From Squalus acanthias (taxonomy: Eukaryota): a stretch of 64,000 bases of DNA. Numbering within the stretch: position 1 is the stretch's first letter; every line of letters starts with the position of its first letter. Shown piece by piece: positions 22,771-34,720 of this stretch. The position numbers were made by a program, and so were the translations under genes. The notes below the pieces were generated by a model. That model was not told the origin of the DNA and did not search any database. It worked only from the letters and a program-made list of their open reading frames with translations. The DNA lies in assembly GCA_030390025.1 (NCBI GenBank), contig CM059431.1, positions 151,220,001 to 151,284,000 on the forward strand, read 5' to 3'.

Positions 22771-23169
22771 CCTTAATGGAAGTAAAAATCGGCAGTTCCA
22801 CACTCTCGCATGAAGTGAATATCATCGGATTATCACTGCATTTAGTCTCAAACCAATCCCAGGGTTGGGAAATGCACCGCTCTAAATGCTGGGCTCACTG
22901 ACTAGACTCGCACGGCAATAGTGTCTTGGTGACACGCTGGAGAGTTCCTGTCACCCGCGCTCTGTTAACAAAGATAACACACAGTGAGGGGGAAGGAGAG
23001 AACAAAACAGGCCTTTTTCAATATATTAGCAGAATGCTTCATTTATTTTAAAGCTAAGTCTATCATCTTACATCATATCAGGACACTGAACGTCAGCATA
23101 GTATTGGCCAGTTGCTTTTAATCATTATCTACTAAAATAGTCGCTTCTGGTTATTTTTGTAAAGCTTTA

Positions 23170-23675
23170 CAGCATCAGAAGTTAGTTTGCAGATACTACA
23201 AAAATTGGCCGTGTGTTTGATAATGAAGAAGAAAGCTGTAGACTGCAGGAAGATATCAATGGACTGGTCAGGTGGGCAGAACAGTGGCAAATTGAATTCA
23301 ATCTGGAGAAGTGTGAGTTAATTCATTTGGGGAGGGATAACAAGGCAAGTGAAAACAGTATCAATGGTAGGACACTGAGAAGTGCAGAAGATCAAAGGAA
23401 CCTTGGAGTGCATGTCCACAGGTTCCTGAAGGGATACTTGCCTTTATTAGACAAGGCATGGAATATGAGAGGAGGGAGGTTATGCTTGAACTGTCTAAAA
23501 CACTAGTTAGGTCACAGCTAGAATACTGCGTGCAGTTCTTTTCACCACATTACAGGAAGAAAGCGACTGCACTAGAGAGGCAGCAGAGGAGAATTACGAA
23601 GACGTTTGCTAAGCATAAACACCAGCACAGATAATTAGGGCCGAATGCCCTGTGTCTTTGTTGTTGACTCGCTGT
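23170..23675 (+). mobile_element. CR1 RT fragment (unit copy)
   Basis: ORF 23213-23506 LQEDINGLVRWAEQWQIEFNLEKCELIHLG. Confidence 0.9.
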
Positions 23676-25615
23676 AACTCGATGAAATGAAGTAATGTTT
23701 GTAGATTATTCCACTATATACAATCCACGAATGCTCACCCAAACTGACTGAGTGGTTGTGAAACACTTTTCAAAGTGATATGTCCTGATAACCGTAAGTT
23801 TATTTCAAATATTGCCTGATCCGAAACTCCGATAGCTGCAAGTGAGGAGTTGGAAAATAACATCTGAGAGCGGAAAGGGAACTTGATAAAACATGACAGG
23901 AAGCAGTCAGAAGGAAGAGTAAAACAGACTGACCACTGCCCCATACAGAGAAAAACTCGTTCGAATCAATCAATCGCTCTCCAATAGCTGCACTCAGATT
24001 GTAGCGAACAATGGAAGCAATCATTGACATTTCCCCCGAGGTGTGATCTGATTGGGCGGCGTTTCAGGTAGCTGACAATATGTCGTCACGTGTTGAAATT
24101 AATTCTTATTTATATTCACATTTATATCGCTAGGGAACCTTCCCGGGGATAGGCCTATTACACAATGATTTACATTATACAGACTCACTTGAACAAACAG
24201 ATTCAGGCACCATCTGGTGTTGTTTAGATATTACTAAATCGGTCAAACACTTTACATGCACTGCCTGACTGTAGATAGAGGTGTGACTGAGTACTGTGGT
24301 ACAGAGAGAAACCAGCAGAGGGAGAGAGATAAAGGTGTGACTGCGTACAGTTAGTGATGCACAGAGACACCTGCAGAGGGAGATAGATAAAGGTGTGACT
24401 GACTACTGTGATACAAAGAGACACCAGCAGAGGGAGATAGCTAAATCTCAGACAGAGTACAGTGAGTGATACAGAGAGACCAGCAGAGGGAGGTAGCTAA
24501 AGGTGAGACTGAGTACAGTTTTCTGTTTGTAAAGTCCAGCTGAGGCCGAACCAGTGTTTTATAAAAGTTTAGCATAATTTCCTGGCTTTGTACTCGATTC
24601 ATCTATTAATAAAGCTAATGATCCCATATGCTTTGTTAAGAGCCTTCGAAAGTTGTCCTGACACCTGGTAAAGATTTGTGTACATAAACTCCATGTCGGA
24701 CTTTATCTCAAGGTGGCTTAAATATAAAGGGGTGGATGTTATGTATTACAAATTTCTGGTTAGACCCCATTTAAGTTTCTCGATTTAGTTCTGGGTAACG
24801 CACCTCAGGAAGGACAAATTGGCCTTGGACAGGGTGCCACGCACAGTTACCAGAATTATACCAGCGCTAAAATGGTTACATTATGAAGACAGACAGTATA
24901 GACTAGGCTTGTATTACTTTGAGTATAGAAATTGAAGGCATGATCTAAATAACCTACTTTGGGTGATGAATTGAGTTGATATTTTAGTTAGAGAGAAACG
25001 ATTTGCTCTGGTGGGAGAATGCAGACCAAGCGTCTTAACGTTGAAATTAGAGCTAAGCCGTTCAGGGCTGATGTCAATAAGCACTCCTTCATACACTGGG
25101 AGTGGAAATCTGGCATAAAAACCTGATGCGGCTGGGGCTCAATTGAACATTTCAAAACTGAGGTTGGCAGATTTTTGTCCCAGTAGGGCAATAAGGGTTA
25201 GGAAGCTAAGCCGGTTACATGGAGTTAAGATGCAGATAAATCATGATATAACTGAATGGCGGAACAGGCTGGAGGGGCAGAATGGCCTACTCCTGTTGCT
25301 CTATTCCTAGAAAAAGATTAGGTGCTGAGGTTAAGGAGCAGGGAGTCATATTTTGGAGAAGGGATGAGATTGAGGAGTAGGGATCAGATTGAAGACGCGT
25401 TCAGATTCAGGAGAAATGCTCATTTCAGTTCGGAGCAGACTCGGGGCAGGTTGCTGGCTGTTAGTGTGTTTGAGATAGAATATGCTGAGAAGAGGTGTCG
25501 AGCTGAAGCAATGGGTTGACGGTGTGTGTGTTCAGAGGCAGCTGTGGGCATGCAGTGAAGGGAATGTAATTCTCTGACACAGCCAATCAGTATCGCTGTT
25601 TCGGTAAAGTTCAAA

Positions 25616-25688
25616 GCCCTGATTGGACAATCGGTAGAGCTTCAGACCTTTCATCTGAGGGTCCAGGGTTTAAGTCCCTGTTCGGGCG
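25616..25688 (+). pseudogene. TRK-TTT: tRNA-Lys(TTT) pseudogene
   Basis: GCCCTGATTGGACAATCGGTAGAGC; anticodon loop CCTTTCA; T-loop TTTAAGT. Confidence 0.9.
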
Positions 25689-26366
25689 TTGCTTTAGTCA
25701 ATGGAAATACCACTTGAGTTATACTTTAATGCACCGACTTTGATTATAACCTATCACTAAAGTCGGTTTATATTGCAAAACAAAATGAAAAATGTTCATG
25801 TATTGTATTGAGGCTGCGGGAAAGATCAGCGTGAATAACTGTGTTTTATGACGCTATAGGGAAGTAAGATTTGAAAATCTTAAACTAAAGGAATAGCCGG
25901 AGCACGCACTTGAAACCTGCAACCTCATATTTAAAATCTGGTTCTGCGCCGATTCTGATAGCCAGGCTCACGCTTTCAATTTCACACAGCGACCTCCACT
26001 GGCATACATGGTACATTACATCTTTTACATTCCAAATTTTCCACGATGTTAATCCCGCGTGTCTAACGCATTTCTCTCAAACACCCTCACTCACTACCTG
26101 CCACAGACATCACTTCTCAATTACTGTCCCACCCACCCATTTCGCGCTCTTTAACAGCGCAAGAATTCAGTTGACAGCACACAGTAACGGCTTCAGTTTG
26201 CATTAAGAAACAGTTCAATCTGGTTCTGTAAAGTGTGCTGTCGGGAAGGGAGGAAAATGTTAAGAAAAAACACAATCTTTAAAAGGCGCAAATGCTAAAA
26301 TATGTACAATGTCAAAGAATGAAGCTGAATTTATTGATGATTATTCATAATCAAATAGCAAAGCAT

Positions 26367-26572
26367 ATACCAGACTGATACATGGGATGGCAGCAATGAC
26401 TATTGAGGAGAGCTTGGGTCGATTAGGCTTATATTCGCTAGCGTTTAGAAGATTGAGAGGAGATCTCATTTAAACTTATAAAATTCTAACAGGACTAGAT
26501 AGACTAGATGCAAGAAGGATGTATCCGATGGCGGTGGAGTCCAGAACCAGGGGTCACAGTCTAAGGATAAGG
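26367..26572 (+). mobile_element. CR1 3' fragment, truncated copy of 59940-60421
   Basis: TACCAGACTGATAC..GGGATG start identical to 59941; ESRTRGHSLRIR. Confidence 0.85.
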
Positions 26573-26697
26573 GTGAGAAGTCCCACAACACCAGGTTATA
26601 GTGCAACAGCTTTATTTGAAATCACAGTGGCAGTGTTCTCTGACTATATATGCTGTGCCTATATGCATCTCTTCACTTCACCTGATGGAGGAGCAGC
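26573..26697. mobile_element. Penelope-like pLTR fragment, inverted + direct pieces, hammerhead truncated
   Basis: 26573-26626 is the reverse complement of ~585-638; 26628-26697 is a direct copy of ~502-571, ending inside stem II (core mutated to CTGATGG). Confidence 0.7.
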
Positions 26698-26804
26698 AGA
26701 CACTGTTCTGGGAATGGAAAATTAACAAACTTCCCTCATTCCGATCTGCAGCAGACCTCAGAAAGAGAGAGAAAATGGAAGTGTGAGATAAATTAAAAGT
26801 GTAA

Positions 26805-27272
26805 GAAGGAGTTGCATTTCTACTGCGCCTAACACGCACACAGGACTTCCCAAAGCGTTTTACAGCCAATTAAATACATTCTCAAGTGTATAAATTGTTG
26901 TAATGTAGGAAAAGTGGTCGTCAATTTGCACACAGCATGATCCCACATATACCAATGAGAAAATTACCAGATCATCTTTGTGATCTTTGTTAAGGGCATA
27001 AATATTGGCCCAGGACACCGGGGTGAACTCTACAGTTCTTCTTTAATGATGAGTAACATTACAGTGTCAGATTGTCTCAGTTGGTAGTACACTCACGTTA
27101 GAAGTCGCGAACGAGTCCTGGGTCCAAATCTCACTCCATGGAATGTAAGCCCCTAATCTACGCTGAAAATCCAGTGAAGTAGTAAGAGAGCACTGCACTG
27201 TCCACAATTCTGTCTTTCGGATGAGATGTTAAACCGAGGCCCCTTCTGCCCTCTCAGGTGGACATAAACAAT
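26805..27272. mobile_element. Nested DeuSINE pair, + copy 3'-truncated by a deletion
   Basis: - part 26805-27043; + copy 27063-27272, then a jump directly to the GCATGAAGTCAAT spacer. Confidence 0.8.
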
Positions 27273-27634
27273 CACTGCATGAAGTCAATATTAACGGATT
27301 ATCACTGCATTTATGCTGGAACCAGTCCCTGGCTGGGAAATGCACCGGTGTGAATGCTGGGCTCACTGACTAGACTCGCACGGCAATAGTGTCTTGGTGA
27401 CACGCTGGTGAGATCCTGGCACTTGCGCTGTTAACTACGATAACACACAGTGAGGGGGAAGGAGAGAACAAAACAGGGTGTTTTCAATATATTCGCAGAA
27501 TGCTTCATTTATTGTAATGCAAAGTCAATCATCTGCAGTATATCAGGACACTGAACGTCAGCAAACTATTGGCCAGTTGCTTTTAATCAATATCTACTAA
27601 AAGAGCTTCCGGTTATGTTTTTTAAAGATTGACA

Positions 27635-28135
27635 ACATCAGAAGTTAGCAGATGCTACAAAAATTGGCCGTGTGGTTGATAATGAAGAAGAAAACTGCAG
27701 ACTGCAGGAAGATATCAATGGACTAGTCAGGTGGGCAGAACAGTTGCAAATGGAATTCAGTCTGGAGAAGTGTGAGGTAATGCATTTGGGGAGTGCTAAC
27801 AAGGCAAGGGAAAACACTATAACTCGTAGGACACTGAGACGTGCAGACGATCAAAGGGACCTTGGAGTGCATGCCCACAGATTCTTGAAGGGATACTTGC
27901 CTTTATTAGCCAAGGCATAGAATATAAGAAGAGGGAGGTTATGCTTTAACTGTCTAAGACACTAGTTAGGCCACAGCTAGAATACTGCGTGCAGTTCGGG
28001 TCAACACATTACAGGAAGGATGTGACTGCACTAGAGAGTGTGCAGAGGAGAATTACGAAGATGTTGGCTGAGCATAAATACCAGCACAGAGAATTAGGAC
28101 GGAATTGCTGTGTCTGTGTTGTAGACTCGCTGTAA
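27635..28135 (+). mobile_element. CR1 RT fragment (unit copy)
   Basis: ORF 27672-27920. Confidence 0.9.
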
Positions 28136-28709
28136 CTCAATGATATGAAGTAAAGTTGGGAGCATTTTCCACTATATACAATCCACGATTGCTCTCCCAA
28201 ACTAACTGAGTGATTGTGAAACACTTTTCCAAGTGAAATGTCCAGATAAGAGTAAGGTTTATTTCAAATATTGCTTGATCCGAAAATCCGAAAGCTGCAA
28301 GTGAGGAGTTGGAAAATAAGATTTGAGAACGGAAAGGGAACTTTATAAAACATGACAGGAAGCAGTCAGAATGAAGAGTAATGCAGACTGACACCGCCCC
28401 ATACAGTGAAAAAGTTGTTTGAATCAATCAATCGATCTTCAATAGCTGCACTTAGATTGTAGCCAACAATGGAAGCATTCATTGACATTTCTGCTGAGAT
28501 GTGATCTGATTTGGCGGCGTTTCATATGTCGTCACGTGAGTAAATTATTCATATTATTCACATTTATATCGCTAGGAAACCTTCCCGCTGACAGTCCTAT
28601 TACACAATGATTTACATTAGTCATCCTCACATGAACAAACAGATGCAGACATCATCTGGTGTTGTTTTGATACTATTAAATCGGTTAAACACTTTACATG
28701 CACTGCCTG

Positions 28710-29075
28710 AAGGTAGATAATCGTGTGACTGTGTACATTGAGTGATACAAAGAGAAACCAGCATAGGGAGATAGATAAAGGTGTGACTGAGTACTGTGAT
28801 ACAGAGAGAAACCAGTAGAGGACGATCGCTAAATCTGAGACTTAGTACAGTGAGTGATACAGTGAGACCAGCAGAGAGAGAGAGATAAAGGTGATACTGA
28901 GTACGGTGAGTGATGCACAGAGACACCAGCAGAGGGAGATAGATAAAGGTGTGACTGAGTACTGTGATACAGAGAGACATCAGCAGAGGGAGAAAGCTAA
29001 ATCTGAGACTGAGTACAGTGAGAGATACAGACAGACAAGCAGAGGGAGGTAGATAAAGGTGATACTGAGTACTGT
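28710..29075. repeat. 52-58 bp minisatellite, longest array (~6.5 copies)
   Basis: Same unit as 6460-6715. Confidence 0.9.
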
Positions 29076-30193
29076 TTTCTGTTTGTAAATTCCAGTTGAG
29101 GCTGAACCAGTGTTTTTTTTAAATGTTTAACATCATTTCCTGGCTTTATAATCGATTCCTCTATTAATAAAGCTGACGATACCATAGGCTGTTTTAACAG
29201 CTTTCGAATCTTGTCTGCCACCGGCAAAGATTTGTGTATATAAAACCCATGTCGGCCTTTACCTCAAGGTGGCTGAAATATAAAGGGGTGGATGTTATGT
29301 TACCGTATTACAAAGATCTGGTTAGACTCCAATTAGATTACTGGATTCAGTTCTGGGTAACGCACCTCAGGAATGATAAATTGGCATTGGACAGGGTGCA
29401 GCGCGCAGTTCCCAGAATTATACCGGTGCTAAAAGGTTTACATTTGTGAGGACAGGCTGTATAGACTAGCCTGGTATTCATTTGAGTATAGAAAATGAAG
29501 GCGTGATCAAATTAACCAATTTAAGATGATGAAATGAGTTGATATTGTAGATAGAGCGAAACGATTTGCTCTGGTGGGGGAATGCAGAACAAGGGTTTCA
29601 ACGTTGAAATCAGAGCTCGGCCGTTCAGGGCTGATGTCAATAAGCACTACGTCATAGACTGGGAAGCAGAAATCTGGAACACTCTGCCGCAAAAACCTGA
29701 TGAGGCTGCGGCTCAATTGAACATTTCAAAACTGAAATTGGCAGATTCTTGTCACGCAAGGGTACTAAGGGTTCGGGAACTAAGGCGGGTACATGGAGTT
29801 AAGATGCAGATCAATCATGATATGACTGAATGGCGGAACAGGCTTGAGGGTCTGAATGGCCTACTCCTGTTGCTATAATCCTAGAAAACAATGAGATGCT
29901 TAGATTAAGGAGCAGGGAGTCAGATTTGGGAGAAGGATGAGATTGAGGAGTAGGGATCAGATTGAAGAGAAGCGTTCAGATTCAGGAGAAAGGGTCATTT
30001 CAGTTCGGAGCAGACTCGGGGCAGGTTGCTGGCTGTTAGTGTGTTTGAGATAGAATGTGCTGAGAAGAGGTGTCGAGCTGAATCAATGGAGTGACGGGTG
30101 TGTGTGTTCAGATGGTGGCTGTGGGCAGGAAGCGAAGGGAATGTAATTCTCTGACACAGCCAAAACAGTGTCGCTGTTTCGGTAATGTTCAGA

Positions 30194-30266
30194 GCTCTGA
30201 TTGGTCAGACGGTAGAGCATCAGACGTTCAATCTGAGGGTCCAGGGTTTAAGTACCTGTTCGGGCG
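30194..30266 (+). pseudogene. TRK-TTT: tRNA-Lys-derived pseudogene with TTC at the anticodon position
   Basis: Anticodon loop CGTTCAA (U33 lost, TTC at 30227-30229); derived 5' half; T-loop TTTAAGT. Confidence 0.88.
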
Positions 30267-30921
30267 TTTCTTTAATCAATGGAAACACCATTCGATTTAC
30301 ACTTTAAAACACCGACATCGATTATAAGCTGTCACTAAAGTCGGTTTATATTGCAATAAAAATTGCTCGTGTTTTATGGTGCTATAAGGAAGTAAGATTT
30401 GACAATCTTAAACTAAAGGATAGCCACAGCTCGCACTTGAAACCAACACCCCCATATGTAAAATGTGATGCTGCACGAACTGAGATATTCGGGCTCAGGC
30501 TTTCAATTGCACAAAGTGACCTCCACTGGCTGACATGGAACATTACATCTTTCACCTTCCGCATTTTCCCACTACATTAATCCCGCGTGTACAACGCATT
30601 TCTCTCAAACACCCTCACTCACTGCCTGCAACAGATACTGTCCCACTCACCCACTTCACGCTCTTTAACAGCGCTACAATCCAGTTCACAGCGCACAGTA
30701 ACGGCTCCAGTTTGTATTAAGAATCAGTTCAATCTGGTTGTGTAATGTGTGCTGCCGGGAAGGGAGAGAAATGTTAAGAAAAAGCACAATCTTTAACAGG
30801 CTCAAATGCTAAAAGCTGCACTAGGCCAAAAAACGACACTAAATTTATTGATGATTATTCATAATCAAACAGCAAATTATATGGAAATTGTGAAGTGAAG
30901 ATGTGGGTCAGATGCTAATCG

Positions 30922-31579
30922 AATCATAGAATGATACAGTGTAAAAGGAGGCCACTCGGCCCATCGTGCTTCTGGCGACTCTTTGGTAGAAAAATCAATT
31001 AATCCACTCTCCTGCTGTTTCCCATAGCCCAGTAATTTAATTCCCTTCAAGTATTTATCCAATACTCTTTTCAATGTTACTATTGAATCTGCTTTCCCCA
31101 CACTCTCAGGCAGTGGATTCCAGATCACAATAACTCGCTGTGTAAAAATATGTTTCCTCATGTCACCTTTGGTTCATTTGCAAATCACCATTAATCTGCG
31201 TCCTCTGGTTACCGACTCTCTGCCACCGGAGACCTTCACTCTTTGTTTACTCTATCAAAACCATTGGTGATTTTGAACACCTCTAGCGAATTTCCTCTTG
31301 ACGATCTCTGCTCTAAGGAGAGCAAACCAAGTCTTTCCAGTCTAGTCGCATAATTGAGCAACTTCATCCAGGGTAGCATTCTAGTAAATCTATTCTGCAC
31401 CCTCTGCAAAGCTTTGATATACTTCCTAAAGTGTGAAGCCCAGAACAATAATACAGTTGAGGCCGATCCAATGATTTATAAAGGTTTTGAAATAACTTCC
31501 TTGCTTCGTACTTTATTCCTCTAATAATAAAGCCAAGGATCACATGTGATTTTAAATTCTTTCCCAACTTGTCTTGCCA
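30922..31579 (-). mobile_element. CR1-a 3' fragment without the CR1-b insertion
   Basis: AATCATAGAATG tail on the left; continuous TCGCTGTGTAAAAATATGTTTCC at ~31135-31157. Confidence 0.88.
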
Positions 31580-33030
31580 TAGACTCATAGAGTCATCGAT
31601 TCATAAAGGCACAGAACGAGGCCATTCGGTCCATCGAGTCCGTGCCAGCTCTCTGCAGAGCAATGCAGTCAGTCCCTTTCCCCCGCTCTATCTCCGTAGC
31701 CCTGCAAGTTTATTTCCTACAAGTGCCTATCCAGTCTCCCCTTGAAAACACTGAGTGCGTCCGCTTCCACCACTTCCGTCGGCCGCGAATTCCAGGTCAT
31801 CACCACTCGCTGCTTGAAGAAAATTTAGTTACATCCCCTGTAACTCTTGCCCAAAATCTTAAATCTGTGTCCTCTAGTCGTTGTACCAACAACTATTGGG
31901 AAAAGTCTTTCCCCATCTAGCTTATCCAAACCCGTCATAATCTTGTACATCTCTATCAAATCACTCCTCAACCTCCTTTGCTCTAATGAAAACAAATCCA
32001 ACTACTCAAACCGCTCCTTGTAGCTAAGAACCCCCATCCCCGGAACCATTCTGGTAAATCTCCCCTGCACCCCATCAAGGGCTTTGACATCCTTCCTAAA
32101 GTGTGGTGACCAGAACTGGGTGCAAAACTCCAATTGTGGCCTAATCAGCGCTTTAAAAAGGATCAGCAGAACTTCTCTACTTTTGTAAACAATACCTCTA
32201 TTTATGAAACCCAATATCCCATATGCATTTCTAGCCAGTCTCTGAATATGTCCTGTCACCTTCAGGACCTATGCACGTTAACTCCCAGGTCCCTCTGTCC
32301 CTGCACACTCTTTTAACCTGTGCCATTAAGTGTACATTGCCTCTCCCTGTTCCTTCTGCAGAAATGCATCACCTCACACTTCTCTGTATTGAATTCCATC
32401 TGCGACTCCTCTGTCCATTCTACTACACTTTCTATGTCCTGTTGCAGTCAATTGGCATCATCCTCATTGTTTGCCACACACCAAGTTTTGTGTCATCGGA
32501 AAACTTAGAAATTCTACATGGTATTCCAATATCAAGGTCATTTATAGATATCAAAAAAACCGTGGCCCAAACCCTAGCCCCCGTGGAAAACCACTGTCTA
32601 CCATTCTCCAGTCTGAAAAGCAGCCATTTACCACAACTCGCTGTAGTTCATCAAAACATTCAATTTGATTAGACAAACATGATCTGCCTTTTACAGATTC
32701 GTGTTAGCTCTACTTAATTAGCTTAAACCTTTCCAAGCGCCCGTTAATTTTTTCCTTGATTATTGTTTCTAAATTTTTACCCACCACTGATCTTAAACTG
32801 ACCGGCCTGTAGTTACTAGGATTGTCCTTAGACCCTTTAGTGAACAATGGTGTCACATGTTGCTATTTTCCAATACTCAGGCACACCCACCACATCTAAG
32901 GAAGATTGGAAAATGATACCAATCCCTTGCGCTATCTCCTCCCACAATTCCTTTAGCAATCTGGGATGCAAGCCATCTGGAGCAGGCGACGTAGCCACTC
33001 TAAGCAAACACAGGCCTTTCTATTACTGCA
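31580..33030 (-). mobile_element. CR1-c copy (internal deletion near 32645)
   Basis: Homologous to 16976-18544; ORF 32002-32259. Confidence 0.9.
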
Positions 33031-34720
33031 ACCATCTTCAGCCAGAAGTGCCGAGTGGATGATCCATATCGGCTTACTCCTGAGGTCTCCACCATCACAG
33101 AAGCCAGTCTTCACCAATTCGAATCACTCCACGTGATATCAAGAAAATGCTGAGCGAACTGGATACAGCAAAGGCTTTGGGCCCCGACAACATCCCGGCT
33201 ATCGCGTTGAAGACTTGTCCTCCAGAATTAGCCGCGCCTCTAGCCAAGCTGTTCCAGTGCAGCTACAACACTGGCAATCATCCGACAACGGGGAAAACTG
33301 CCCAGGTATGTCCTGCCCTCAAAAAGCACGATAAATCGAATCTAGCCAATAACCGCCCCATCAGTTTATTCTCAATCATCAGAAATATGAAGGAAGCTGT
33401 CATCGACAGTGCTATCAAGCGGCACTTACTCACCAAAAAACTGCTCACTGATGCCCAGTTTTGTTTCCACCAAGACCACTCGGCTCACGACCTCATTACA
33501 GCCTTCGTCCAAATTTGGACAAAGGAGCTGAATTCCAGAGTGACTGCCCTTGACATCAAGGCAGCATTTGACCGGGGGAGGCATCAAGGAGCCCTAGTAA
33601 AATTGAAGTCAAAGGGAATCGGGGTGGGGGGGGGGGGGGTGGTGGGACTCTCCACTTGCTGGATTCATACCTAGCACAAAAATAAGATGGTTGTGGTGGT
33701 TGAAGGTCAATCTTCACAGCCCCAGGACATCGTTGCAGGAGTTCCTCACGGCAGTGTCCTGGGCCCAAACATCAATGACCTTCCCTCCAACATAAGGTCA
33801 GAAATGGGGATATTCGCTGATGAATGCAAGGTGTTCAGCGCCATTCACAACTCCTCAGATAATAAAGCAGTCCATGCCTGGATGCAACAAGACCTGGACG
33901 ACGTTCAGCCTTGGGCTGATAATTGGCAGGTAACATTCGCGCCACAGAAGAGCCAGGCAATGGATATGTCCAACAAGCGAGAACCTAACCACCTCCCCTT
34001 GACATTCAACCGCATTACCATTGCCGAATTCCCCACAGACAACATCCTTGGGTTCACCGTTGCTCAGAAACTTAATTGGACCAGCCACATAAATACTGTG
34101 GCAACAAGAGCAGGTCAGAGGCTAGGTATTCTGCGGCGAGAGTCTCACCTCCTGACTCCACAAAGCCTTTCCACCATCTACAAGGCACAAGTGAGGAGTG
34201 TGATGGAAGACACCCCACTTGCCTGGATGAGTGCAGCTCCAACAACACTCAAGAAGCTCGACAACATCCATGACAAAGCAGACCGCTTGATTGGCACCAC
34301 ATCCACCACCTCATACATTCGCTCGCTCCACCACCGGCGCTCCGTGGCTGCAGTGTGTACCATCTACTAGATGCACTGCAGCAACTTACTAAGGCTTCAT
34401 CGGCAGCACCTCCCAAACCCGTGACCTCGTCCACTTGGAAGAACAAGGGCAGCAGGCGCATGGGAACAGCACCACCTCTAATTTCCACTCCAAATCCCAA
34501 ACCATCCTTACTTAGAAGTATATCGCCGATCCTTCATCGTCGCTGGGTCAAATTCCTCGAACACCCTCCCTAACAGCGCTGTGGGAGTACCTTCACAAAA
34601 CGGCCTGAAGCGGTTCAAGAAGGCGGCTCACCATTACTTTCTCAAGTGTAATTAGGGATGGGCAATAAATGCTGACCTTGCCAGCGACGCCCACATCCCA
34701 TAAAAACGAATTTTAAAAAA
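33031..34720 (+). mobile_element. LINE-e copy with complete 3' end and A-rich tail
   Basis: ORFs 33147-33674 and 33687-34370 (LDIKAAFDR, GVPHGSVLGP, IFADE). Confidence 0.93.

Noticed and set aside
28137..28427. Recurrent ~96-aa minus-strand ORF (CFLSCFIKFPFRSQ..SDQAIFEINL) as a tandem host gene
   Set aside because: No recognisable domain, non-ATG starts, and broken or frameshifted in several units. Recurrence is explained by the DNA repeat. dN/dS across units would be the test.
21443..30266. Functional tRNA-Arg(TCT) and tRNA-Glu(TTC) genes
   Set aside because: Both have Lys bodies with multiple stem mismatches; single anticodon substitutions in pseudogenes.
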